Assembly: GCA_963781885.1 (NCBI GenBank)
Contig: CAWAHW010000007.1
Coordinates: forward strand, 192,001-256,000
DNA from: an uncultured Spirochaetota bacterium
GTDB taxonomy: Bacteria > Spirochaetota > Spirochaetia > SZUA-6 > Fen-1364
Direction of reading: 5' to 3'
DNA length: 64,000 nt
This document shows positions 28,033-38,803 of this stretch, piece by piece. The notes under the pieces were generated by a model. It was given only the letters and a program-made list of their open reading frames with translations, searched no databases and was not told the DNA's origin. Made by a program: the position numbers and the translations under genes. The first letter of the stretch is position 1; each line of letters begins with the position of its first letter.

Positions 28033-29508
28033 ATGCCGCATCGACGGTTGTTTGGGGTAGCCCTGCTCCTGCTCTGTCTTTGCCCGTCCGTCTTTGCCGC
28101 AACGACGCCGCGGCTGCTCATGACGCCACCCGTTTGGAGATTCGGGTGGGTGCGGCAGGGCGACAAGATTTCGCTGGCCGTCGTCGTGAGAAACGAAGAG
28201 ACCCGCGGCCTTTCCGTGACATTCGTGCCGACCTGCGACTGCCTCACGGTGGAGAAGGGGACCCAGCAGGTCCCGGCCGGGGGACAGGCGACATTCGTCC
28301 TGCACTACGATTCCACGGACGATACCGGCAATATCCGTCGAGGCTTCCTCATCTCCACGGACCTCGCCGATGCAAAGCAGATCTCCTACATGATCTACGG
28401 CACCGTTCGGCAGGAGCGCGCGCTCCCCGCGGCTGGCGCCGCGCCGCCCGCGGGCGCGGACACGACGGGCAGCGTGACGGTGAGCTATTTCTACACGCCG
28501 GGCTGCCGCAGCTGCGAGGAGTTCCTTGATACGGAGATCCCGCGCCTCTCACGGGCGCTGGGCCGCGATATCGTGGTGGTGAAAAAGGACCTGCTGGACC
28601 CCGCGGTATTCGAGGAGCTGAATGCGGCGGCCGCGGCGCGCGGGCGCGCGCTCACCGAGGTGCCGGTCCTGCTCGCCGGGGATACGCTCCTGGTCGGCGA
28701 CAAGGAGATCCGCGCGCGCCTCCCGGGCGTATTGACGGCGCTCGTCGCCGGGGAGCCGCGCGCCGCGGCCCCGTCCGCGGCGGGCCCTCTCGGTCTCACG
28801 GACAAGCTTGCGATTCTTCCCGTGTTCGTTGCCGGGCTGATCGACGGAATCAACCCGTGTGCCTTCACCACCCTCATCTTTCTCCTCGCGTCCCTCGCCC
28901 TGGCGGGCAGGGGAAGACGCGAGGTGCTCCTCATCGGCGCGATCTTCTCCGCGTCGGTCTTTCTCACCTACTTTCTCATCGGTCTGGGATTCTTTGCGGC
29001 CCTTCGCGCGGCGAATGCCGTTCCCGTGGTCTCCGCGATCCTCCGCTGGGTGCTCGTCGCCGTGCTCGCGGTCTTCGCGGGTCTTTCCGTCTACGACTAC
29101 ACCCGCATCCGCGCCGGCCATCCCACGGAAATGCTCCTCCAGCTTCCCGCGTCTTTCAAAAAGCGCATCCATTCCTCGATTCGCGGCGGGGTCCGGACCG
29201 CGGCCATCGCGGGAAGCTCCGTTGTCATGGGCTTCCTGGTGTCCATCTTCGAGTTCGCCTGCACGGGGCAGGTCTATCTGCCCACCCTCGCCTACTTCGC
29301 GCGCTCCGCGCACCGGCTCTCCGCCGTGCTTCTTCTTGCCCTCTACAATATCTGCTTCATTCTCCCCCTCCTGGTAGTCTTCGCGGTCAGCTATTTCGGG
29401 GTGAGCTCCGCCCGCATCACGACGGCGTTCCAGAAGCACATGGGAAAGGTGAAGCTCGCCCTTGCGGTCGTGTTCGTCGGGCTCGCCGTCTTCACCCTTG
29501 TCGGATGA
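28033..29508 (+). CDS. DUF1573-like Ig + thioredoxin-like + CcdA/DsbD transmembrane fusion
   Basis: PTCDCLT; FYTPGCRSC; GLIDGINPCAF...EFACTGQVYLP. Confidence 0.8.
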   Translation: MPHRRLFGVALLLLCLCPSVFAATTPRLLMTPPVWRFGWVRQGDKISLAVVVRNEETRGLSVTFVPTCDCLTVEKGTQQVPAGGQATFVLHYDSTDDTGNIRRGFLISTDLADAKQISYMIYGTVRQERALPAAGAAPPAGADTTGSVTVSYFYTPGCRSCEEFLDTEIPRLSRALGRDIVVVKKDLLDPAVFEELNAAAAARGRALTEVPVLLAGDTLLVGDKEIRARLPGVLTALVAGEPRAAAPSAAGPLGLTDKLAILPVFVAGLIDGINPCAFTTLIFLLASLALAGRGRREVLLIGAIFSASVFLTYFLIGLGFFAALRAANAVPVVSAILRWVLVAVLAVFAGLSVYDYTRIRAGHPTEMLLQLPASFKKRIHSSIRGGVRTAAIAGSSVVMGFLVSIFEFACTGQVYLPTLAYFARSAHRLSAVLLLALYNICFILPLLVVFAVSYFGVSSARITTAFQKHMGKVKLALAVVFVGLAVFTLVG

Positions 29509-29568
29509 TATGCCTTTGGCTATGCTTTCCCTGACGGACCGCGGCACGAAGGGTCTGATGGAACCTCA

Positions 29569-32544
29569 ATGGCAATAAAAGGCGATCTGAAGCTCGAGAT
29601 CGACGAGCAGGGCATCGAGGTCCGCATCACCATCACGCCGGACGAGGCGGGCGGGGAGATCACGCCCGAGAGCATTGGCGCGATGCTCGCGGAAAAGAAG
29701 GTCCGGACCGGCATCGACAGCGAATCCATCGACAAGGCTTTCCGCACCCTCGCGCGAAAGAAGACGGAGCCCCTCACATTCGTCGCCGCGGCCGGCGCGG
29801 CTCCCCAGCCGGGCGCGCCGGAAAGCGTCGAGTTCATCGAGAGCCCGATCCCCGCGCGCCTCGCCGCGGTTGCGGAGAAGCTGCTCGTCGCAGCAGCCGC
29901 GCCCGTGGGCTACCGGCTGCGCGAAGAGCGGGTGAAGGTGGAGAAAAAGGTCCTCAAAAAGCCCGCGCTCCCCTTCCTTCCCGCACGGGTGCAGGTCGAG
30001 GTCGTCATTGAAAAGAGGATCGTGAAGGACCCGGTTCCGATCGACCCGACCGTGACGGAAACCGGTTACGTGATCAAAGGGGCCGTGGTGGCCCGCATAA
30101 AGCCGGGTGTGCAGGGAAAAGAAGGAAAGAGCGTCTTCGGCCGGCTCATTCCCGCCCCACGCCCCGAGGACGATGGCCTTCTCTTCTGCGCCGGCCTCAC
30201 GCGCGCGGGTGCCGAGGTCACCGCCGACGTCACTGGTTTCCTCCGCAAGGGCGCCGGCTGGTGCGACATGGTGCCCTTCCGCGATCATGCCGTGGTCGTC
30301 GCGGCATCAAAGGACAACCTCACGTGCCTCCTGTCGCTCGTGCCCGGCGACCCCGCGGCACCACGGCCCGACGCGGCGGACGTCCTTGCGCGGGCGCAGA
30401 CGCTGGGCTTCGCCGGGACGGACCTGCTTGCCGCCGATGAGATCGACGCGATGCTGCGCGATGCCATCTCCCGGCGGGCGCCCCTCACTGCCGTGTCCAT
30501 CACGCCCGTCGTCAACGGCGCCGCCGCGGTCATCGTGTCCGAGGATCGGATGAAGGCCGTGCTGCACCTGCGCAAGGGTCGGGGAGGCGGGAGGCCGCTC
30601 CTGCCCGCCGCGGTGAGCGAGGCAATCCGGGCGAGCCGGGTCAAGGGATTCGATGCGCAGACCGTCCGCAAGGATCTGCTTGCGTTCTTTGCGGGCCGCA
30701 CCGCGGAGCTTGCCGACTACGTGCTCGTGAGCGGAAGAGCCCCGAAGCCGGGCTCCGACCCCAAGCTGGAGTGGCGCGCCCTTTTCCTTCCGGCCGATGA
30801 AATGGAAACGATCCGGGGCACGGCGATGGCGAATGCCGGCCGTCTTGCATCCCTCGCGTCACTGACCTCGTTCCCCCTGGACAAAGTGGAGGCCGTGGCG
30901 CGCGTGAAGGCGGACGCCGAGGTCCTGAAGATCACCGCTTCCATCGGCGGGGAGCCGGGCGTCGACGTCTTCGGCACCGTCACGCCCCCTCCGCGCAGCG
31001 GCCGCGGCGAGGTGCGGCTTTTCGAAGGCGTCGCCCTGCGCAAGGACGCGGTGGTCGCCACCGAAGAAGGAATCCTGGAAAAGGGCAGCGACGGCCTGGT
31101 GACGCTCCTGCGGGTGCGGCCGCATCGGGACGCGGAGCTGCAGGTCGCCGTCGCTGCGGACCGCATGAAGGCCGTCCTCAGCCACTTTCCGCCGCGCGGC
31201 GACGGGGCCCTCCTCTCCGCGGAGGACGTGCGCGAGCGCATCCGCAGGGCCGGCGTGCAGAAGGGCATCGACGAGCCGATGCTGCGCGTCGCCCTGGACA
31301 GGGTGGCGCGCGGGGAGGAGTTCGCCGACCTCCTCATCGCGACCGGGAAGAAGCCTGCCCTGGAAGCGCGGAAGAGGATCGTCTATCACGTGCAGGTCGC
31401 CACCGGCAAGGCGGTGTCCATCCGCGCCGACGGCAGGGCGGATTTCCGCGCGCAGGACCGCATCACGCGGGTGACCAAGGGCGACAGGATCGCGACCGTC
31501 CGCGCGCGCGACCCGCAGGCAGAGGACGGCTGGGACGTCACGGGCACGGCCCTCACGCTTCCGCCAGAAGCGCAGGAAACGCTCCATCCGGGGAAGGGCG
31601 TGCGCGAAGACCTCCAGACGGATGGGAGCATTCTCTTCACGGCGGAGGCCTCCGGCGAGCTCGTCCACGACGGCGGCACGCTCTCCATCATGGAGGCGCA
31701 TACCGTGGAGGGCGACATCGGCATGGCCACCGGCAACGTCAAGTTTCCCGGCAACGTCCGCGTGGGCGGGTCGGTACGCGCGGGCTTCACCGTCGTGGCC
31801 GGCGGCGTGCTCGAGGTGGAGGCCTCCGTGGAAGCGGCCCTTCTCTCCGCGGACGGCTCCATCACCATCGGCCAGGGCATCAAGGGTGAAGGCAAGGCCG
31901 TCCTGCGCTCGAAGAAGGACATCTTCAGCGTGTTCGCGGAGCACTCCGTGCTCCTCGCCATCGGCGACGTGCACCTGCGCGGGCCCTGCGTCCGCTGCCA
32001 GGTGAAGTGCAACGGCCGGCTCCTGCTGGACTCGGAGAAGGGCACGCTGGTCGGCGGGCAGATACGCGTGAGCCGCGGCGCCGCCGTGCAGAACATCGGC
32101 TCGCCGGGGGGCGTGGCAACGGTCGTCTCTTTCGGTCAGGATTTCCTCGTGAAGGACCAGATCGAGCGGGAGGAGCGGGAGGTCGCTGCGCTCACGCAGA
32201 AGGTCGCCGAGCTCGATGCGGAGATGTTCGTGCTGGAAAAGAAGGCCGCCGTCACCGCCTCCGCGGGACCGCTGGGCGCGCAGTCGCAGGCGGCGGCGCT
32301 TCTTGTGCGTGCCCGGAGCCAGAAGCTCCAGGCGATGAAGCTCATCGAGCAGCACAAGCTGCGGCTCATCACGCTGCGTGACCGTTACGACGAGCACGTT
32401 GCGTCGGAGATCGTCGTGCGCGGCACGGTGTACCCGGGCGTCGTGCTGGAGAGCCATGGGCGGCGCTGGGAGACCCGGACGGAAAAGAAGATGATCACAT
32501 TGCATTTCGACCCGTCGCAGGGCAAGATCGTCGAGAAGCTTTAG
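29569..32544 (+). CDS. FapA (DUF342) family protein with a duplicated N-terminal region
   Basis: Repeated V..D.M.A modules, G.DV.G, VEGDIGMATGNVKFPGNVRVGGSV, coiled coil, VYPGV. Confidence 0.85.
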   Translation: MAIKGDLKLEIDEQGIEVRITITPDEAGGEITPESIGAMLAEKKVRTGIDSESIDKAFRTLARKKTEPLTFVAAAGAAPQPGAPESVEFIESPIPARLAAVAEKLLVAAAAPVGYRLREERVKVEKKVLKKPALPFLPARVQVEVVIEKRIVKDPVPIDPTVTETGYVIKGAVVARIKPGVQGKEGKSVFGRLIPAPRPEDDGLLFCAGLTRAGAEVTADVTGFLRKGAGWCDMVPFRDHAVVVAASKDNLTCLLSLVPGDPAAPRPDAADVLARAQTLGFAGTDLLAADEIDAMLRDAISRRAPLTAVSITPVVNGAAAVIVSEDRMKAVLHLRKGRGGGRPLLPAAVSEAIRASRVKGFDAQTVRKDLLAFFAGRTAELADYVLVSGRAPKPGSDPKLEWRALFLPADEMETIRGTAMANAGRLASLASLTSFPLDKVEAVARVKADAEVLKITASIGGEPGVDVFGTVTPPPRSGRGEVRLFEGVALRKDAVVATEEGILEKGSDGLVTLLRVRPHRDAELQVAVAADRMKAVLSHFPPRGDGALLSAEDVRERIRRAGVQKGIDEPMLRVALDRVARGEEFADLLIATGKKPALEARKRIVYHVQVATGKAVSIRADGRADFRAQDRITRVTKGDRIATVRARDPQAEDGWDVTGTALTLPPEAQETLHPGKGVREDLQTDGSILFTAEASGELVHDGGTLSIMEAHTVEGDIGMATGNVKFPGNVRVGGSVRAGFTVVAGGVLEVEASVEAALLSADGSITIGQGIKGEGKAVLRSKKDIFSVFAEHSVLLAIGDVHLRGPCVRCQVKCNGRLLLDSEKGTLVGGQIRVSRGAAVQNIGSPGGVATVVSFGQDFLVKDQIEREEREVAALTQKVAELDAEMFVLEKKAAVTASAGPLGAQSQAAALLVRARSQKLQAMKLIEQHKLRLITLRDRYDEHVASEIVVRGTVYPGVVLESHGRRWETRTEKKMITLHFDPSQGKIVEKL

Positions 32545-32545
32545 C

Positions 32546-32663
32546 GCCACGGAATACCGTGGCGGCACATAATGCCACGGTATACGGTGGCCGAAATGCC
32601 ACGGCGTACCGTGGCCGAAATGCCACGGCGTACCGTGGCCGAAATGCCACGGCGTACCGTGGC
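32546..32663. repeat. Five tandem palindromic 18-mers with a 24-bp period
   Basis: GCCACGG-N4-CCGTGGC at 32546, 32574 (one arm mismatch), 32598, 32622, 32646; CGAAAT linkers. Confidence 0.9.
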
Positions 32664-32674
32664 CGGGAGGAACG

Positions 32675-33703
32675 ATGCTCGCTTACATAAACTTCCCCTC
32701 GTGGATCCGTCCCGAGATCATACCCGGCCTCCCTATCCGGTGGTACGGGTTCATGTACCTTGTCGCCTTTGCCATCACGTACCTGCTCTTCACCTGGCAG
32801 ATGAAGAAAGCGGGGATCGTGCCACCCAAGGACTCGGTGATCGACATGTTCTTCTGGGCCATCGTCGGGCTCCTGGTCGGCGCGCGGCTCTTCGCCGTGA
32901 CGATCTACGATTCAAGCGGCTACTATTTCCAGCACCCTCTGCAGATCATCCTTCCCGTCTCCCGGGTGAATGGCAGGCTTACCCTGACCGGCATCGCCGG
33001 CATGTCCTACCACGGGGGTTTCGTGGGCGCCACGATCGGCATCATCACGTACCTGAAGGTGAAAAAGCTCGACGTCCTGGAGTGGGGTGACATGCTGGTG
33101 GCAGGCATCCCGCTGGGATACACCTTCGGCCGTCTGGGCAATTTCATCAACGGCGAGCTGTACGGCCGCATCACGAAGGTCTCCTGGGGCATGGTATTCC
33201 CGAACGCGGAGACATTCCCCGCGAACCAGCCGTGGGTGAAGGATTTCGCTGCCGCGGTCGGCATGCCGGTTCCGGGCGCCGGCGTCGTGAATCTCCCACG
33301 CCATCCCTCCCAGCTCTACGAGGCTTTCTTCGAGGGATTCGTGCTGTGGCTCATCCTCTGGTTCATCGTCCGCAAGCGCAAGCCGTACAAGGGCTTCGTG
33401 ATCGCCTGCTATGCCCTGGGGTACGGGGTGATCCGTTTCTTCATCGAATACGCGCGGCAGCCCGACCGCGGCATCGGCTACGGCGGCTACGGCTACCCCA
33501 TCATCCTGCAGCCGCTGGACAACTTCCTGGGCCAGTTCAGCTGGTTCAACTTCAGCACGGGCCAGATCCTGAACGTCCTCCTGATCGCGGCGGCCGTCAT
33601 CATGATGGCGGTCTTCAGCTCCATGGCGCGGAGAACGCCGGCGGGGCCCGAGCTGCCGCACCCCACGGGGCGGAAGCTCCGCAAGAAGCTGCGCCAGGGC
33701 TGA
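32675..33703 (+). CDS. lgt: Prolipoprotein diacylglyceryl transferase
   Basis: IRWYG, GARL, GMSYHGG, GRLGNFINGELYGR, HPSQLYE, RFFIEYAR. Confidence 0.95.
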   Translation: MLAYINFPSWIRPEIIPGLPIRWYGFMYLVAFAITYLLFTWQMKKAGIVPPKDSVIDMFFWAIVGLLVGARLFAVTIYDSSGYYFQHPLQIILPVSRVNGRLTLTGIAGMSYHGGFVGATIGIITYLKVKKLDVLEWGDMLVAGIPLGYTFGRLGNFINGELYGRITKVSWGMVFPNAETFPANQPWVKDFAAAVGMPVPGAGVVNLPRHPSQLYEAFFEGFVLWLILWFIVRKRKPYKGFVIACYALGYGVIRFFIEYARQPDRGIGYGGYGYPIILQPLDNFLGQFSWFNFSTGQILNVLLIAAAVIMMAVFSSMARRTPAGPELPHPTGRKLRKKLRQG

Positions 33704-33726
33704 GGACCGTCCTGGGGTGACGGTGA

Positions 33727-34929
<1,203 letters not shown>

Positions 34930-34943
34930 AGGAGAGCATCGTC

Positions 34944-35921
34944 ATGGCAAAGTCCGACCTGATCGGGGGCACCCTCTGGGAGAGCTATTCGCGCAAGGTG
35001 AACGATCGGATGCTCAACCCGCGTCACCTTGGCGAGATCACCGCCGCGGACGCGGAAAAGCTGGGCGCACGGCTCGTCGTCGCCGACTGGGGCGCCGAGG
35101 TGTGCGGCGACGCCATCCGCGCTTTCTGGGCCGTGGACCCCGTGACGAGCAGGATCAAGGACGCGCGGTTCAAGACATTCGGCTGCGGCACGGCCATCGC
35201 ATCGAGCGACATGATGTGTGAGATGATCATCGGCAAGACCGTGGACGAGGCCATGAAGATCACCAATATCGACGTCGAGGCGTCCCTGCGGGACGACGTG
35301 GACACCGCCGCCATACCGCCGCAGAAGATGCACTGCAGCGTCATGGCCTACGACGTCATCCGAAAGGCCGCCGCGGAATACAAGGGCGTGGACATGGGCT
35401 CGCTGGAAGAGGAGGAGATCGTCTGCCAATGCGCGCGCGTGAGCCTGCGGACGGTGCGGGACGTCATCCGCATCAACGATCTTAAGACCGTGGAGGACAT
35501 CACCCACTACACCAAGGCGGGCGGGTTCTGCAAGTCCTGCATCCGCCCCGGCGGCCACGAGTCGCGCAAGTACTACCTGGTGGACATCCTGCGCGACGTC
35601 AGGGCCGAGATGGAGCGTGAGAAGGCGGATGCCGCCGCGGCGGCAAAGGCGCACGTCGTGCAATTCGACGCCATGAGCATCATCCAGAAGCACCGCGCCG
35701 TGGAGAAGGTGCTCGACGAGAAGGTGCGCCCGAATCTGTTGAAGGATGGAGGGAACCTCGAGGTCGTCGACATGAAGGCGCGTGACGGCGTCACGGAGGT
35801 TTACGTCAGCTATCTGGGTGCCTGCAAGGGCTGCCCGAGTGCCACGGTCGGAACACTTGGCTTTGTCGAAGATTTCCTCAAATCAGAGCTCGACCAGAGA
35901 ATCAAAGTCCTTTCAGTTTAG
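34944..35921 (+). CDS. nifU: Three-domain Fe-S scaffold NifU (Campylobacterota-like)
   Basis: MAKSDLIGG leader, GAEVCGD, FGCGTAIASSD, KMHCSVM, CQC..GGFCKSC, GACKGC. Confidence 0.92.
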   Translation: MAKSDLIGGTLWESYSRKVNDRMLNPRHLGEITAADAEKLGARLVVADWGAEVCGDAIRAFWAVDPVTSRIKDARFKTFGCGTAIASSDMMCEMIIGKTVDEAMKITNIDVEASLRDDVDTAAIPPQKMHCSVMAYDVIRKAAAEYKGVDMGSLEEEEIVCQCARVSLRTVRDVIRINDLKTVEDITHYTKAGGFCKSCIRPGGHESRKYYLVDILRDVRAEMEREKADAAAAAKAHVVQFDAMSIIQKHRAVEKVLDEKVRPNLLKDGGNLEVVDMKARDGVTEVYVSYLGACKGCPSATVGTLGFVEDFLKSELDQRIKVLSV

Positions 35922-36034
35922 CGACCGCCAGCCGGTGATTGTGCGTGCAGCCTCTGGTGCCATTGACATTTTGGATATCTTGTTCATAATGTTTCTGTGA
36001 TATAAAAAAAGTGAAGTGATTATGAGGGGGAACG

Positions 36035-36937
36035 GTGCTTCACATCGTCAACGGGCTTTACATAGTCTGCCTTTCCGGCGGAATCACCCTCATCATTTTC
36101 TCCTTTTTTACATCTGCGCGCCTTGCTTCGAACGGTTTCCGGCGTTTTGCCTATCTTTTCACGGCAGCGACACTGCTGCTGATCATTGAGGCCCTGCGAA
36201 CCTATGAGACCGCCCTGGCCATCGATAACGGTCTTCCCGGCGCGATCATCGATGCGGCCGGGTCTTTTGTCGCGAATACGCTGATTGCCTGGTTCCTTTT
36301 CCGCATCGTCCATTCCATCGTAGGGCCGCGCTTTTCCCCGGCGCGTGCCATTTCGTACGCGGTGGTGAGCGTCGTCATCGGGACATTTGGTGCGTTGAAG
36401 GAAGTCGTTCTGCCCTTCCTCTTCTGGAATATCAACTATTGCACGCTCCTGGCGCTGCATATCTACTGCGCCGTCCTTCTCTTCCGCGGTCTTGCCTCGA
36501 TTTCTCCTCCTCTCCTGCATTCCTTGATCCGCACGCTGCTCATCTTCCTGGGTGTTTTCGCGCCAATCGCGATCGCGCAGCTCGTGCTGCAGGATATGCC
36601 GGCCACGCCCCCGTTCATCCACGACTGGCCGCTGGAGGAGCTTCTCTACTATATAGGGTTTGTCGTGATTGGCTTGGTATACCTGGCAAAGCTTTTCTTG
36701 AGCCCTGACGCTGATCCAGTCCTCGCGCTGGACGAAGCGCTTCTCCGTCGCTACGGCATTTCAAAGCGGGAAGCAGACATCATCGCCATGATGATCAGGG
36801 GTCATAACAACCGCACGATCAGCGAAAAGCTCTTCATATCAGCAAGCACGGTGAAAAACCATATTTATCACATCTATCAAAAAACAGGGGTCGACAACAA
36901 GATACAGCTCCTCAATCTCATAAACCCCCCAAAATGA
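36035..36937 (+). CDS. Membrane-bound LuxR-family regulator
   Basis: About 7 TM segments plus ISKREADII...ISEKLFISASTVKNHIYHIYQK HTH; lower GC than flanks. Confidence 0.88.
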   Translation: MLHIVNGLYIVCLSGGITLIIFSFFTSARLASNGFRRFAYLFTAATLLLIIEALRTYETALAIDNGLPGAIIDAAGSFVANTLIAWFLFRIVHSIVGPRFSPARAISYAVVSVVIGTFGALKEVVLPFLFWNINYCTLLALHIYCAVLLFRGLASISPPLLHSLIRTLLIFLGVFAPIAIAQLVLQDMPATPPFIHDWPLEELLYYIGFVVIGLVYLAKLFLSPDADPVLALDEALLRRYGISKREADIIAMMIRGHNNRTISEKLFISASTVKNHIYHIYQKTGVDNKIQLLNLINPPK

Positions 36938-36984
36938 GACTTTTGGACTATTGCGGAAAGCTAGGGATGGGATACACTTCGAAC

Positions 36985-37097
36985 ATAAAGTCAGAACGCC
37001 AGCGGGAAGGTAATTAAAAAGTAAAGTTGAACGTGCCTCCAAGAGAAAGAAAGTAGTCCTATTGTAAAAGCGGGGTATCTTCCTGCTGGCGGTTTTT
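36985..37097 (+). ncRNA. Candidate structured small RNA
   Basis: 16-bp stem 36997-37012/37076-37091 with two G-U pairs, T-run after it, TTGCGG-16-TACACT promoter upstream. Confidence 0.35.
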
Positions 37098-37201
37098 AAG
37101 TCTTCTGGCGGAAAATAAAAATCTCAAAAAAATACAGCATATTTATATAAAGTAGGTTGGCGCCTGCCGGGATAGGCTCCATCCCTCATGAGGCCCCGGC
37201 A

Positions 37202-38689
37202 CTATCCCAGGCGAAATGTCGCCGCTGCGACGCTGAGCGGGGGAAGCTTCACCGAGGCCCTCCCGGCGCGCAGGGTGAACCCGTCGAAGCTCCGCGCGCT
37301 CACCAAGTCGGGCTGCTCGAAGCTGTTCGCAGCCTTGGGCCCGGGTCCGGTGAGGATCTCCGCGCTTTCCAATGACGCGATGCGCGCGTCGGCGACATCC
37401 ACGACGACAGGCGCGGACTTGCCCGGGCTGCGGCTGACGAGGAAGACCGACAACCTGTCACCGTCCCGGATCGCGCCGGAGTCGACGAGCGGCACCGTGC
37501 CGTTCGTTTTTCCGTGCGCGACCGGACCCTCCACTGAAACGCGCAGCGCGGTTCCCTGCCGCCTCTTCGCGTACATCTCCACGGCGTGGAATGTCGACTG
37601 CACGAGCAGCCGGTCACCATCGGTGATGAGGGGCGCGATCACGTTCACGATCTGCGCGAGATTGGCGATCTTCACCACGTCTGCGTGGCGCAGGAAACAG
37701 TTCAGCCATTCGGCGACGACGAGCGCATCCTCGAGGTTGTAGACCTCTTCGAGGAGGTGGGGCGCAAAGTGGCCCTTCCCGTCCATCTGCATGTCCTTGT
37801 ACCAGACGTTCCATTCGTCGAAGCAGAGGTAGGTTCGCTTCGCGCTCCTGCGGCGCGCCCGCGCGGTCCGGCAAACGGCATCCATCTCCTCGATCTGACG
37901 GTCAATGCCCGCTCCCGCCGCCAGGTAATCCTCCGTGTCCCCGGACCTGTTGCCTTCGTAGCGGTGGAGGCTCAGGTAGTCGGCCTGATCCCCCAGGCAT
38001 TCGAGCACGACCCGGTCCCATTCCATGTACGTTGGCATCAGGGGACCGCAGCTTCCGCAGGCAATCAGCTCGATCGTCGCATCCGCGTCTTTCATCATCT
38101 TGGCCGCCTGGCGCGCGCGCAGCGCGTATTCCGGGGCAGGCACGTTGCCCAGCTGCCAGGGACCGTCCATTTCATTGCCCAGCGACCAGAGCTTCACGCC
38201 GTGCGGAGCAAGGCTCCCTGCCGCGGCGCGCATGTCGGCATAGCGCGTGCCGGCCGGACAATTGCAGTATTCCACCCAGTTGCGCGCCTCCTCGGGCGAG
38301 CCGGTGCCCAGATTGACGGCCAGCATCGGCGCGCAGGAAAGCGCCCGGCACAAGCGCATGAACTCCTCGGTGCCGAATGAGTTGGGCTCGATGCTCTGCC
38401 ACGCAAGGTCGCGCGTCGATGGCCGCTTCTCCACGGGGCCGATCCCATCCATCCAGTGATAGCCAGAAACGAAATTGCCCCCCGGGTAGCGCATTGTGGT
38501 GAAGCCGAGCTTCCGCAGCGCCTGGAGCACGTCACCGCGGAAACCGTCCTTGTCGGCATGCCTGCTGCCCGGCTCATAGACGCCCTGGTAGACGGCGCGG
38601 CCCAGGTGCTCGAGAAAGCCGCCGAAGAGCCGGGGATCGACGACACCAATGGGAAATCCCGTATGCAGGTGGATGCGCGTTGTTTCCAT
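37202..38689 (-). CDS. abfA: Alpha-L-arabinofuranosidase (GH51)
   Basis: GGFLEHLGRAVY, RYPGGNFVSGY, WSLGNEMDG, FDEWNVWY, NLAQIVNV. Confidence 0.92.
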   Translation of the reverse strand: METTRIHLHTGFPIGVVDPRLFGGFLEHLGRAVYQGVYEPGSRHADKDGFRGDVLQALRKLGFTTMRYPGGNFVSGYHWMDGIGPVEKRPSTRDLAWQSIEPNSFGTEEFMRLCRALSCAPMLAVNLGTGSPEEARNWVEYCNCPAGTRYADMRAAAGSLAPHGVKLWSLGNEMDGPWQLGNVPAPEYALRARQAAKMMKDADATIELIACGSCGPLMPTYMEWDRVVLECLGDQADYLSLHRYEGNRSGDTEDYLAAGAGIDRQIEEMDAVCRTARARRRSAKRTYLCFDEWNVWYKDMQMDGKGHFAPHLLEEVYNLEDALVVAEWLNCFLRHADVVKIANLAQIVNVIAPLITDGDRLLVQSTFHAVEMYAKRRQGTALRVSVEGPVAHGKTNGTVPLVDSGAIRDGDRLSVFLVSRSPGKSAPVVVDVADARIASLESAEILTGPGPKAANSFEQPDLVSARSFDGFTLRAGRASVKLPPLSVAAATFRLG

Positions 38690-38803
38690 GCCGCAGATTA
38701 TGTCAGCCCCGGCGCGTCCCGACAAGATTTGATTTCAACCCGGTCGAGGGCGCCTGCCGCGCATCCTTGAAGCCCCGGGCATTTGCGCGTACGCTTGTCA
38801 GTC

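Noticed and set aside
32546-32663. CRISPR array
   Set aside because: Repeats are 18 bp with constant 6-nt linkers, there are no unique spacers and no cas genes in the window
32572-33090. ORF with MPRRTVAE peptide repeats
   Set aside because: A by-product of the 24-bp DNA repeat; the rest is an out-of-frame shadow of lgt
36985-37097. Naming the hairpin as 6S RNA, a riboswitch or another known Rfam family
   Set aside because: No diagnostic family motif recognised; kept only as an unnamed candidate
35922-37160. Mobile element or genomic island at the low-GC LuxR segment
   Set aside because: No integrase, transposase, tRNA or flanking direct repeats seen
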